Shown here piece after piece: positions 1 through 14,006 of a stretch of 64,000 nt of DNA (the first letter of the stretch is position 1; the number at the start of each line of letters is the position of its first letter). The notes below the pieces were generated by a model that was not told the DNA's origin, ran no database searches, and was given only the letters and a program-made list of their open reading frames with translations. The DNA lies in assembly GCF_000150275.1 (NCBI RefSeq), contig NW_002060971.1, positions 227,212 to 291,211 on the forward strand, in the 5' to 3' direction. A program made the position numbers and the translations under genes. The stretch is from Trichoplax adhaerens. Its lineage: Eukaryota; Animalia; Placozoa.

Positions 1-3
1 TAG

Positions 4-3000
4 GCCCTGATTTATCTGTGCCAGATACACCTAGGGCTGTCATGTGGTCTAAAAATTACCTTTGGTTAGGTTTTAAAAGGTCTTATTACGTTATCAAGGT
101 ATACATCAATGGAGAATAAATACTACTCTTATGACTGCTTTACAGTGGTATCAATTTACATATCCAACATGGATAAACCTCTTTCACAATATTTATTGAT
201 TTATTAATATTTCAGTTGGATAATAACGACATGTTTGAATTATTCGAAATTGGAAAATCTCCAGAGCCTATGATAACTGCGTTGAGAAACGGTATAGTAG
301 CTGTCCAAAAAGATGATATGACTGTATTTTTAAATTCTGATGGCAAACCGGCAAGAAGTTTCACGATAACATGGAGTGATACACCAGCCAATATAAGTAA
401 GTTAAGGCCGAAATTAAGATTGCTTGAATTGAAAATTACCAACTGAAATGATGATCATCATCGATTACAAACTTGTACCATTTGCTGTTGCTTTAGCTTA
501 CACTGCGCCCTATATTATGGGAATATTATCAAGGTGTGTACTGATTTTTGACACATTTTTTTCCCCCATGGTATTGCTGTTTTATTGAAAGCTTTCACTG
601 TCATCCTTGTAGGTATTTAGAAATTCGACTTGTTGATCCTCCAACATTGGTGCAAAGTATCGAATTCGACAAAGCCAAATTGATAACTTGCGACAAGTAA
701 GATATCCAAAAATAGTAATCTAAGATTGTTTATGCTGTACACAGTTGTTGTTGAGAATATATTAAATTATACTCGTACTACATCATTTTCTTGTTAGATA
801 CTGCTATTTAGCTTCACAAAGTTGTGTATGGCGTGTACAACCAGTACGACTAGTTGATCAATTGGAAACTTTAATCAATGTAAAAGAATTCGAACTGGCA
901 TTAAATCTATTGGTAATGCTCTATTCATACTTTATAAAAAATGTCTGTTGATAATTCCGACTGATGTTTAATACAGTATGTACTTTTTTTAATTGTCAAT
1001 TTCATTGTAGAATGTCAATTCCATAGATGGAGCGCAAAAAGAGCAACAAACACGTCGTATAAAAATCTTATTGGCTTTTGATTTGTTTGCAAAGCATTAT
1101 TTCCAACGGGCCTTTAAATATTTTACTGAACTTAATTTAGGTATTGTTAAACACCCTTTCTGGATGAAAGAACAAGCTGAATATCTTTATATAAATTTCT
1201 TTCCTCACTTTGTGATCATTCTTTATGATTAGATGTTCGTATCATTATTGGATTATTTCCTGGTTTAATGGGGGAAGAACCGTTGACAAATTTCAAATAT
1301 CCTATAGAAATTACACGTCTACCATCAACTGCTGAACAGAATGGATTAACATTCTTAGCAGAGTATCTTACTGATGCTAGAAATAACTATATCAAAGAAA
1401 AGAAAAATAGTAACCCAAACGATATCGAAGAAGGTTATAATGCTATCTTTTGACGTTTTATTCCATATCTTATTACAAATGTGTAATAACGTCATGCTGA
1501 TATCAATTAATTATTATCATCACTTAATTTATATACAGGGAAGAAACGAGATAGTTTATTGCAAGTTATTGATACAACTTTGTTAAAATGCTATATAAAG
1601 GTATCGTAAATTATTTTATAGACGTATGCCTTTGCCGTATTATCGTGGAAATTACTGACATAATTTAACTTGCATGTTTCCCTTCTTAGACTGGCAATGG
1701 TGTAGTAAAATCTCTCTTACGCCTTAAAGATAACAATTGTCATATAGATACAAGTGTTAAAGTCCTAAAAGAAACGAACAGTTTGGAAGAACTTGTTATA
1801 CTTTATGAAAGTAAAGGGCTACATGAACGAGGTATGGATTCCTTTCGTTTTAGCTTTGTTCTTATGCTACCTAATTTAATTGCAACTTTTAATAAACAAC
1901 AAGATGGCATGCTTCTAAATTTTAAATTAAGCAACGTTCTTTACTAATTGTGGTTAAATTGATAGTCGAATTTGTTGATATATTTTCATTTCAGCTCTAG
2001 AGTTACTAAAAAGTGAAGCCAAGAGAAGTGATTCTCCATTATCTGGATATGATAAAATTATTAGTTATTTGCAGAAGCTGGGTACTATAAATTGACTCAT
2101 TTGCATTACACTCTAGATCCTGAAATTTATATTGTTCTGCATTGCAATAGGCTGTTATCATGCTTGAAATGTTTGTAATATTTTAATACATGTGATTATA
2201 GGTGAGCAAAATTTAAAGTTAATATTTAAGTTTTCTGCATGGGTATTAAAAACAAGTCCCGATAGTGGTCTAATGGTTCGTATTTGTTTCTCTCACTGGC
2301 AACGTATTGAATATGTTATGTTTAACTTATCACAGCAACTATATAATGTTGTTTATTTACTGTATGCTAAAATTTTGCAACACTCGCATCAATAATTCTA
2401 ATTTCATGTTATAATACAGATATTTATTGATGAAAATACACCAGAAGTTGAAAGCCTCCCTCGTGGAAAAGTTTATAAGCACTTGCAAAATTATTGTCCG
2501 GAATTGTGTATTCCATATTTGGTACGTACAAGACATTACTATTTTCTACTAAATCGCCCATTATTTGTAATAATATCTAATAACCAGATCCATGTGGAGG
2601 TAATGTATCTTTTGTTGGTTTACTATAATGTTATCAAAAATTTCCAATATTCGTTATATAGGAACATATTATACATACATGGAAAGAAGAAGAAAGTGAA
2701 TTCCATAACGATCTCATTAAGTTGTATCTTCAAGAAGTAGAAAACGAAACTGTAAAAAATTCCAATGGTATTGTATATAGTATTTCATCAATATCACATC
2801 GACAGACATCTTAACATTACAGAACTCAATTTGCTATTTCTGTCATAAAGAGTCAGAAAATGCTTCTGTTAGAGCAAGTAGACAGCGTCTGGTAATGTTT
2901 CTTAAGCAGTCCAACCATTATACGCCTCAAAGCTTAGTTACATTTTTTCCAACATCAAGTAAGGACTGCATAGTAATGTTTACAAATGTCGTTGAAAAAT

Positions 3001-4089
3001 GTCAGAGATCAATAACATGTACGTTGTTGCTGCTAGGGTTATTTGAAGAGAGAGCATTATTGTTGGGACGTCTTGGTCGTCATGATCAAGCCTTAGCAAT
3101 TTACGTTCATGTAGTAAAAGATGATAAAATGGCTGAAGAGTAAGCTTAATGATTAATTATATTTAATGTTTATTTTATTGTCGGTAGTAAACAATTCAGA
3201 CAATGATACTTTTGCTTTAATGTTTTTGCTGTCCAATCACATAGGTACTGTTGGAGACATTATAATAGTGAAGGTAGTGGACATAATGAGGTAAGTGTAA
3301 TTAGACGCAGTGAATTAAACTATGAAATTTTTGCCTGTAAACTGAGTTATTGGCTGATGCTAAAACTATTCTTAGGTCTACCACCACTTCCTTAGAATGT
3401 ACCTCTCTCCGCCTGATCCGAAAGGATTAGGCATCAAAGTGGATATACCTAAACTTGAACCAAATGTTAAAAGAGCTTTAGAAATACTAGAAAAATATTA
3501 CGATCGTATTAACACAGCGGAGGTATCAAACATTAAGGAGTGCGAATTGTCATCTAGGTAATAACTGTACAATTTTCTATAACGCAGGCATTAGTCCTTC
3601 TGCCTCCTACTATGAAAGTGAACGAGATTGCCTCCTTCCTTATGAATGTGGTTGAAGATCGAACCTCACGACGTCGTAATGGTCTCATATTAAAGAGTCT
3701 GCTGTATTCGCAACGTCTGCAAGTATGTCATATGACAGTACAGCACTCGTCGTTGCATGCTGATAAATCATAATCTAGTAATTTGAAACGTTTACATCTG
3801 TCTGTCACGTAGGTTCAAGAGTTACGAATGCAGTACAGGAAAAACTCTTCAAACATATCGGAAGATAAGTCATGTCGTGTTTGTGGTCAAAGGATCGGTG
3901 TCAGGTAGAGCGCTTTACTGAACTCGTATTGTAGTCTATAATTATTTCTCGACGTCTACCCTTTTTTTATGCTTTCCTATCTGATTATCGTTTGTCCTGT
4001 ACGTTTTATTTATTAGTGCATTTGCCCGTTACCCTAATGGAGTTGTTGTTCATTATGGATGTTGTACGGATCTTAAAGTATGTCCTTGA
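4..4089 (+). CDS. VPS39: Vam6/Vps39-like HOPS tethering complex subunit, 5'-partial, 20 exons visible
   Basis: Hand-spliced GT-AG exons 4-98, 216-396, 497-533, 613-696, 798-912, 1011-1140, 1233-1433, 1539-1600, 1690-1831, 1995-2081, 2202-2275, 2420-2521, 2662-2767, 2851-2958, 3037-3139, 3245-3290, 3376-3522, 3588-3722, 3813-3904, 4017-4089 join in frame. Peptides DLSVPDTPRAVMW (CNH end), QVIDTTLLKCY, LLRLKDNNCH, EERALLLGRLGRHDQALAIYVH and CRVCGQRIGVSAFARYPNGVVVHYGC match metazoan VPS39 from memory. Stop TGA at 4087-4089. Confidence 0.95.
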
Positions 4090-5936
4090 ACTTAACAAGC
4101 CTCATCAATCAACGCTATGTTATATTTTCTGAGATGAAATATTTTTTATATTTTGGAAGATAAAAATTTTATAACTATTGTATAATATATGATTTCACTC
4201 AATATAATACATTGTGCTACGCACTATACTATACAAGTAGTGATATTCCAAATATCGATTATTGTACGACACTGTCTTAAAGTTTATCTGAAATGTGCAA
4301 CTGATTTATTTTATTAGCGAACTTAGTGTAATTAATTTGTAGAGAAGAAATTATTAGACAATTGCGTATATTTTAACGTTTAATATAAACCTTGTCATTT
4401 TGGCTTGGATAGACTAATTAATCTGTCACTCCAACCTGAAATAAGAATGTAGGCCTGTATAGCATACCAAAAATGTAATCACTTTGGTATTTTCTCGACG
4501 TACCTAATATTTTTGATTGAGAAGCGTGAATATGGTAGCTTTTCTCTGTAATGTTATAAAAGCCAATGTACAGCAGAGAATTAATAATCAAACTGCAATT
4601 GATCAGGGAATGGTTTTAATTTTATTTAATATCAATCTCACGGAATGATTATTCCAATTCTGGTTATACGATATCACTCGTGTTTTGTAGAGCATGCAAT
4701 TCTATCGTGCATGGTGTAAAATAAAATACAAGGTGTTCAGTTTCGACCCGGAATTGCTAGAAACATTGAAAGTTTTTTCGTTTACTATTAATTGAACGTG
4801 ATATTACTTGTTAGGCTTAGAATAAAATTTTAAGTATGGTATTTATTTTAATCAATTAAACTATTCATTATTATTAAATTTATAGTTAAATATCATGGTG
4901 TATTTAGAAGTACTTGTACCAAGGATAGTGATGCATTACTAAAATTTCCTGTAGCTAACTAATATAAGAGTACTTAGGTATCGTATTCTATATGAATAAT
5001 GAAATGGATATAAGAATTTTTTAATAATTACGTCCGCAACAGTGACACTAGTATATATATATATTATCACTATTTTCTCATGCCGTACAAAGAGTATTAC
5101 AATACACTCGTAGAAGAGATGGTTGCTGTTTCTTGCAGTTAAAGTCGGAAAATAAATAGATTACGAATAGAAAATTGTAACAGCTAAAGGTAAGCGCTAG
5201 CAATCTCTGTTGTCACGTTATTTTGTTACGCTAAGATAAAGGTAGCTTTGAATTACTTACTATCTATGATCCTATATAATTGTAGTTTAATGCTACACAC
5301 GTACTACCGAATAAGAAGCGACTCAAAATCATAAGGAGAGCTTACCTAAATCTTGATGCATACTTAAAAAATATTATGTTCTATAATCTTTCTTCATCTA
5401 CCCATTGATGTATTTTAACATAGATAATGCAAAAGAATACTAAATTTAATGTAAAGTTATAGTTTTGACGGCCAATGATTTTCTGTAAAGAAATAATGAA
5501 ATGGTGTTCTTAACCGTAAATTTAGAGAAGCAGATTCTGTATAAAATTTGCTAATATTAGCCTTCTTATACAGAAATACTGATATAAATGTTTCCGAAAT
5601 ATTTTCGGTATATTTATCGCTTTATTTCATTCCAACACCAAACCAATTACGCATGGCGATGAAACTATTAGTAGATACGTACGACAATATAACTGCTTAA
5701 TTTATTGAGAAATTCGCAGGATACAAGCATAGCAGAGTGAATTATTTAAAAGAAACAAGTAAAATTATACCTAGCACCTCTAGCGGTGACAATCGTTAAC
5801 TACTATTATGCTTTGTAGTTTAAGCTTTAGATCATTTTGTTGTTAATGATATTACGCTTTCGGTTCAGCTACCCTAAAGATCTCAATCAAGCTGTAGCAT
5901 TTTGCGTAACACATAACATCTATGTCTAATTAATAG

Positions 5937-8900
5937 CTACAGCATTCTATTCTCTTTTTCTTCTTCCTCTGTAGAATTCCTTTTTGTATCATCATGTTTA
6001 TAATATCGCCAACTAATAAAGAAACAAATAGCGCCTAAAAACTTGATAACCGCAATTGTTCCCACAACATGGTAAGAGATAGACCTGCTATCATATACCC
6101 AACAAGTTGATGACCCATCACAATCCTTTGTCCACAAAGTACATGAGCGATCAATAAATGCACCAACAATAATTGGACCAGGTATACTAGCTATTAATCT
6201 TAAAAACACCCAATTAAAACCCATTGCATATGCTCGCTGACTTTCTGGTACACTCCTGTATTGCATGGTTGAAAATGAATCTGAGTGAGTTATTAGTGAT
6301 GATAGAAAAAATTATAACGATTCCCTTCGTTTTATTGCTAAAAGTTCTAGATTGATTTCCAAAAAATGTTAATAAATATGTAATATTGCTAGTTGTTATT
6401 CTAAAATTGTATACAAATTAATAATGTATTACATTAAGAGGGTAGGGTACTAAGTGCAGCTTCGATTCTGTATCTTTGGTTATTAGACTCAATTATGTTA
6501 TTTTTAAACGCGATAAACATCTATATTTTTTTAGGTATATAGTTGTAAATACTTATAGTAAGTATTTAAGATAATTGTATTACCTTAGCATTGCCTCTGT
6601 TGATGGTACGATTTTACTGGCAGCAGCTGCGATTGATATAGTCAAACCAATGGCGAATGGTGTTAAATATGGACACGGTTCAGTGCATGCTCCACTTACA
6701 GCATCGAATCGTACCGTTGTTTGATTGACATTTTTAATACAGCTACAATTTGCATAGCTCTATATTATTATAATCAATAATAACGTTTTAGTCCTTGACA
6801 ATAGCTGTATATGGTTTTACATTGCTCTATATCACTTATAAGCAAGTAATACTAATCATACAACTATATTTCTTTTAGGCGCATGTTAATACTTTTTACT
6901 CCTTGCGTTATACAAATTTAATTTAAGTTATTCAATGCTATCAATTTACCTAACTGAGCATGTAGTTACTTAATTTAATCTACATAGCTCTATAAATTAT
7001 AATTAAGGATAATGTTTTATCTCTTAATAATAATTTTATACAGTTTTACATTGCTCTATGCCACTTACATGCATGTAACGCTAATTACACAACTGTATTT
7101 CTTTTCGGTGCATGCATGTTTATATTTTTTATTCCTCGTATTATACAAATTTAGTTTAAATTATTAAATGCTATAGATCTAGCTAATTGAGCTTATAGGT
7201 ACTTTATCTACTATTCAAATTAACAGCTGATTGCTGCAACACTACTTAGGATGCTGAGTTTTAATTAAAATGTAGCAAGATTTTAAATCAACGAATGTGT
7301 TAATTACCGGATGTTTTCTATCAACTTTTATTAAAAAATGTACCAACAAAAAATAGAAATATTTCCTAGTAGTAGATGTATAGAACTTACGGTGGTTAAA
7401 TATGTGGGATTATAGATGCCACTAGTACAACCGGCATGGCATGGCGAAAAGTAGGTTACTCTATCCACACCACATATAGGATTGAATTTGACGCCTTTAC
7501 ACATGCAATCATTATTACATGTAGCAGCTAGTATGGGTTTACCGAATCTAATTACATATATTGTGCATTAAAATCAAATGTTATGATCAAATATGAACAA
7601 ATGAAAATAACAGTAATTCCACACAGTAAATGCATTAAAGTATATTGTATTTATTTCAGACACAGTAGACTATGAAAACCTAATGTACGCGATCTTACAT
7701 TAAGTGTACTCTCAATACTTGATTGTAGCAAATGTTAAAAGTAGGTGCGCTGATATCATTTTAACTGGCGAATTGGCTAGATTATCAATATATTCCATTA
7801 TTGGATAGTAGCACTTGACAGCAGGTTGTATATTTTTAGCTATATTGTATTTACTTCAGACATGGTAGACTTATAAAAACCTGCTGTATGCAATCTTAAG
7901 TAAAGTCTCAATAGTTTGTTATAGTAAATACTAAAAGCAGGTGCGCTGATGTCATTTAACTGCGGAATTAGTTGTATCACCAAGACCTTCAGATAGTGTA
8001 TTGGATGATAGCACTCAACTTAGTTGGCTATAGACCATTTTTTGTTAGCTATATTATATTTATTTCAGATACGTGATTATAGCAAATACTGGGCATTAAA
8101 AGCGGGTGCGCTGATGTCATTTTTAACTAAAGAATTGTCAAAATATCAAGATATTCCAGTATTGGATGGCAGCATTTGATTATAGACTGTAATATAAACA
8201 AAGCCTTACATGTAACTGATATTCATAAATTATCAGGTAAACGCCTAGGAAAGCAAGTAGATTTATCTAGTTTAAATATAAATTTCTTATTGCTACTACG
8301 AGCTGGATCTTACTAATATCTTAACACGATACGCTTGCAAAACTTTAATAATTCATAAATTTTGGTATGTAGCATGATTCATTTTTATACTAATTTATCA
8401 CACCGAATAATAAAAAATCTTACTCTGGTATAGATGATGTCGGTGTTAAAGGATAAGCACTGTTAACACCAGCAAATGGAAGATTTTCACAGCTAAACAA
8501 TAACCAAAATGCCGCAAGAACATCAATGATACTTAAAATCATGGTTAAGAAAGTAGCTTTCGATCCGTTCATATTAAATACTCTCATGAGAATACCGCCC
8601 TAGAATTTCAAATCAACAGATGGAATCATACGGATTGCATTCATATTATGATATATAATAGAACATAAATTCAAAATTGAATCCAGTAACATTCATTATC
8701 CTATTAAGTACGTATCTAGAAATTTTTAAAAATAGCCACTACCCGATCTTAAACAATATGATGGATTTCTATTCACTGCTTATTCTATTGATTTATAACT
8801 TCAGTACTCTGCATTTTAATATCCCTTACCAATAACATTCCTGTTGCACCACCACCTAACCCAATATAGCCTAGAATCGAACTAGCCTCATATGCTGGCA

Positions 8901-10285
8901 AACGAAATTGTGCCTCAAGAATTTTAACGAAAAATAATCCAATTCCGGAAACTACTATATATTCAAATATTAAACCAGCTACCAGCAACATATACGGCAC
9001 ATTAGTGATTAATTCTTTCGTTGCTTTAGGGATCTCCTTAATGCTGTGACCATATTCGTTATCAACTTTAGCTGTTTCTGCAGCTTCTTCTAGACGTAGC
9101 CTTTTAAATTTCTTATATCCAGGTAAAAATCGTGGAAATCCAAATAGCGGTATTGAAATAAGAATAAGGCCACCACCAGCGATCAGAAATAATATCCACC
9201 AGGCTCCAATCCACCGTGCATCGAATATAGTAATACCTTAGATGTGTATACCAAAAATTGAATGGCATCATGTTACTAAACTATGTTGGAAATATGTTTA
9301 TGCTTATGATGTCTATGATGTAATGCCTATGTTGGCAATATATTAATTATTAGTAAAGAATAGCCAATCGTTCAAGACAGTTCAAGATCAGCTATGAATT
9401 AAATGATACACTATTGCTCTTCTGCTGTATTAAGTCTAGTCTATGCTATTACAAATATTTTTATGTGATATTTAATCATTCTAAAATTTGAACTGCCTAT
9501 AAATTTTCGACATTGCTAAGTTTATAATTGATTTTACCTTCTGGTGGAGATTTTGGTGTGTTTATATAGATTGTTAAAATATTTCCTCCAGCGATATAAC
9601 CGATTGATGGACCAAGTGTTGATACCGTCATCATCGCTGCGATATACATGGCAGATGATTTTGGGTGGACATTTTCGCTGACATAGGCGCATCCAATGTT
9701 CCACAATAAGTTATTACCGGCTCCCATAATTAATTGACCCAGTATAAATACGAAAAAGAAATTTCGAACATAGGCATTACTACCTACTGATTCTGCTGCG
9801 CATACTTCAGCTGCAAAAGATGCCGATTTAGCTACACATAAGTCAGTATAATTTGAAGCTGTACTGATAGGCTGATATTCGCCAGCAAAGAAATGAGGTA
9901 AGGAATAGACGATAGCGCCAATTCCGGTAGCTAATGCACCAGCACTTAAAAATCGACCCTTATGTCTTTGACCAGCATAATAACTTGCAATGAAACCAGT
10001 TACAGCGGCAGAAATTTCTTCACCTGCTGGTAAGCCGCCGACTTCTGCACTTCTTAGATGAAATCGCTTTTCGATAGAACTAACAGTAACACCTACAAAT
10101 GCTGATATCATCATTCCGGAAACAAATACTTGCAAACAGACGATAAGAATTAGGCACCACCGATGATTTAAGAATTGTAAGCATTTAGGACGGAATGGGC
10201 CATAGCCAAAGTAAGATTCTTCTGGCTCGTTATCATCCGCAGTTTGCACATTGCTTATGGGTTTCTCTTTATCTTCGATACTCAT
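5937..10285 (-). CDS. Organic anion transporting polypeptide (SLCO/OATP family), paralog A, ~660 aa
   Basis: Exons (-) 10285-9538, 9236-8830, 8599-8424, 7547-7391, 6759-6584, 6255-5937 total 1983 nt in frame. Contains SSIEKRFHLRS, the OATP signature DARWIGAWW, a Kazal-like loop (CNNDCMC...FNPICG...YFSPCHAGC) and PGPIIVGAFIDRSCTLW...CWVYD. Confidence 0.95.
6815..7210. repeat. Intronic direct duplication x2 (~230 bp) in SLCO-A intron 4
   Basis: TTTTACATTGCTCTAT...ACAACTxTATTTCTTTT...TTATACAAATTTA at ~6815 and ~7044. Confidence 0.85.
7640..8190. repeat. Intronic tandem duplication x3 in SLCO-A intron 3
   Basis: TATATTxTATTTAxTTCAGA, GGTGCGCTGATxTCATTT and ATTGGATxxxAGCA each occur three times. 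Confidence 0.85.
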
Positions 10286-11089
10286 TTTGAAAATTTGCAA
10301 TATCGAAATAGGCCTTTACATGAATAAGAATTGAATCGTAAACATCATTTAATTTGTAGATATTTATTCCCCTATTTTCCAATTCCATGTAAAGTTAGCT
10401 CAGTGGCTGAAGTTGATGTCAACATGTAATGTCCAGATATTGTATGTGAAATTGAATTTAGTTACTCTTAATAATTGTTGATCAATCAATACATTCGGAG
10501 AGATACATTTAATAGCGATTGTGATTTCCATACATAAGTATTTATGATATTATTTAACTACAATTTTTATACTAATGTGGGTATCTTGATTGACTGGAAG
10601 ATATATCTAGTGGTTATTAGCGATTGAGACCTCTATACAAAAATATTTACAATCTTGTTTAACTGAAATTTTTATGTTAATGTGGACATTTCGATCGACT
10701 CGAAGAGTGTGGACTAGAAAATATCCTTAAGCGATAAATAGCCGTTGATATGTCGGCAATGTATGTATTTGGATCAATCATCTTTAAAGTCTATCATGTC
10801 GAGAACTAGTAAACTAAGGTATATGGTCACTTTTCACCTTGACTCTTGCTCAGTTGTACGTCGATGGTAAATCAACAAACCGTGAAGATAATTTCTGCGA
10901 TGATTTTTAAATCTTCCAGGACTAGAGCTGTAGGTTAGTAAAAATTACTCAGCGCATTAATTTCAGTCGCTACAATAAATCAAGCATTGATCGTAATACG
11001 CTGGCATTGCTTTTAAATTTGCCATCATAGCATAGTTTATATTATTTAAATGATTTAGAAATAAACTATTTCATTTTAAGATATAATAT

Positions 11090-11500
11090 AATGTCAAAAT
11101 TGATCATGGCAAGATAACAAGCAGTTAAAAGACTAATTGTCAACTCCAGATTTACGATGACCCTTGCAAACTATCGCTAAACAGCTAAGCCTTCAAATAT
11201 GTACAGCTATTCTATTTGGAAACGTATTAAAATTCTCGTCGAATTGGTTAGTTTTTCAAGCTGGCAATATAGCTAACTATTTTCTAAGATAAATTCAATA
11301 TCAAAATTGATCATGAACACGCAAGACAACACGCAGCTAAAAGGCTATTTATTTATCAGCTCCAGAACTACGAAGGTCCTTGTAAACTACGGCGAGATAG
11401 TCAAACCTTAAAATATATACGGCTATTCTATTTTGAGTACGTATTAAATTCAAACCAAATTTGCCTGATTTGTCGAGTTAGCAATATTGCATATTATTTA
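11090..11500. repeat. Direct duplication x2 (~205 bp) upstream of the SLCO-A CDS
   Basis: TCAAAATTGATCATG...CTCCAGA...GCTATTCTATTT at ~11094 and ~11301. Confidence 0.8.
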
Positions 11501-12019
11501 AGAAAATTACCTAGATGGTTACAAGAGACGGTAATCTTGATATTGACCAAACTAACTTGATAACCCAAAATATTCTTTTAGGCTTCCGATCTCAACGATG
11601 TAACAACCAAACAATATTCTAATTTAGAAAAAGGCAATGATTTATATTAAAATTTTTTAAAGCTTTCTCAGATTAATCACGTGGCATTTTCGACAACTCA
11701 TAAAAAAATAAGCTATTCAGTAATCAATAATTGAAAATTTACACGAAGAGATCACGATGTAAGCATAGCTACCCAATAACAATTAATATTTACCGTACCT
11801 GCAGGTGATTTTTTATGTAAATCAGAATTTTTATCTACGCTCTAGCCTATCCATTTGTAAATAATCAATTACATTTATGAGATAATACTTTATAGCTATG
11901 TTAGAATGTAATTAACTGAATAAAACTTCATTTAATTAATTAGCTTTCTCTCACGTAGTTCCATTTATTATTACTAAAATACAGAATAGTAATGCGGGAG
12001 GAGTCTAAAGTGGGTAGAA

Positions 12020-12400
12020 AACTTTCCGATCTGACGATAAAAGTGAAAAGATTTTTACCTGTTAAAGCTCGAAAAAATGATTACAAACTTAATTGGCTTA
12101 TTATAATACTAATCAGGTGAAAAATAAACTAATTAGAAAATAGCTAAATTAAATTCTTTACTGCTGATCTATTAACTTTAATCTATTCCCTACAACACAA
12201 TACGGTAACTTATAGTAGCGTAGTAGGAATCTTAAGCGCGTAGATGGCTTTCTGATCTGATGATAAAGTGAAAAATTAGTACGAACTTCATTGGCTTACT
12301 ATAATGCCAATCAGGCTAAAAATAAATCATTAAAAAAAGATTAAATTGAATTCTCTACTGCTGATCAATTAACTTTAATCTTATTTTCTACAATACAATA
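12020..12400. repeat. Direct duplication x2 with an inverted dispersed copy at ~36090-36180
   Basis: GATCTGAxGATAAAxGTGAAAA...ATTGGCTTAxTATAATxCxAATCAGG...TACTGCTGATCxATTAACTTTAATCT occurs twice. The reverse complement of 36121-36180 begins GTAGATGGCTTCCGATGTGATGATAAAGTGAAA, matching 12240-12273. Confidence 0.8.
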
Positions 12401-14006
12401 ACTCTAATTATACCTGTTGATAGAGTTGAGAAGTTTAATAAATGATATTCAAGTTTAGCTCTTTGCAAAGTGAAATTTAAGCAAATATTTCAGACATGCG
12501 TGTTTATCCTAATAACATGATCGTCTAATATATCTTGTCAGCATTTTTATTTAATATTACATAGTATAAAGTAATCTATCATATACTATGGTAATTTCTT
12601 CAAGGGTAATATTAACCTCGCTCCTAGCTCTATATACTGCACAATCGTATAGTGGCTATCAAGACAGACTATCAAATATAGTAATTGTACTAAATGATAT
12701 TGATTTGCTCAAGATTAATATTAATTTTATTTCCAGTTCTAAATACAGTCTATTAATAGCTATCAAGACAGACTATTAAATAAAGTAATTGTACTAAATT
12801 ACATTATTTATCCTGACAAATAACTTTAAAGTTGAGTTATGGCGTGATCAAATAATGATAACTGCACTCTAATTTTTTACTCATAAGGAATACATCTTGT
12901 AGTTGACATGTAATTTAATATCGTATAAAGTAAAAGATGGTTTACTCTAAGACGCTTAAATACTATTTTCCTATTCTCTGTATTTCAATATTATGGACTC
13001 TTGCAGATCCATTTGAAATCCTTTGGCAACCACCAAGATAAACTGCTGGTGCAGATATGCTGTCAAAAATATTTATCTTTGTAAAGTTATATTGCAAACA
13101 ATGCTGCTTTAATAAACACTACCTTGATACATTTTTTAAATCATTTACTATATTATATTTAACAATATCATATTCCTTATAAAATGTCATTTTTGTCAAT
13201 TTGATCTTATTTGACCGATGAAACATAAAATTATAAATACAGGATTAATATAAATATAAAAAAATTGTAGACTTGTTTACTCAACAGATGCTGAGAATCG
13301 TTACGAATAGCCTAGCAGGCGATGCACCCATTCTGTTTGCTACTCTGTAGGATAACTACATCAATAAGATTGTTGATTTGATTTCTTGTTCCGATTATGT
13401 ACTCTTACAAGCATGATGGAGTTATTCCTAAGGAACTCATATTACAGAAGCATATTTGGTAATTTTTATTAATCGAAATAAACGAAATAACTTTTATTTT
13501 CTAAGTATGTAGATATATATAGAGAGAAGCATATACTTCTATCGCTAAATATATTTACATATATACAAGCACGGTACTATCTACTCTATTTCTACAGTAA
13601 GCCGGTATATTAAGGCATAAATTAATTCAGCGATTTTCAAGACAATGCTTATTTTCTCTCATTTTTATCAGCAAAATATTTTGCATGGTATGGAGATAAT
13701 TACAGTAGCTTGTACAATATGTAAATATTGTAAATACTGCTTGATTAATCATGTATGGTCAGGAATGAAATAAATTATGCCATTGATACTAAAAATTAGA
13801 TTATATTTAATATTGCTGCGCCTAGAATTAAATCTATCGGTTAGAATAGGGATATGCAATCCGTGGATAGTAATCATGTTAGTAACATATTAATTAATAG
13901 GGTTGAATACTTTTACTCCGGTCCTAAACTGCTATGTAATACATATGTCAGTACATTGAAACTATAGTGTTAGGGATTAAATGAAAATATTATTAGATAT
14001 TTACAG

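Noticed and set aside
212-2740. Short ORFs at 212-442 (-), 1374-1586, 2192-2395 and 2483-2740 as separate genes
   Set aside because: Antisense, out-of-frame or intron read-through fragments of VPS39 exons.
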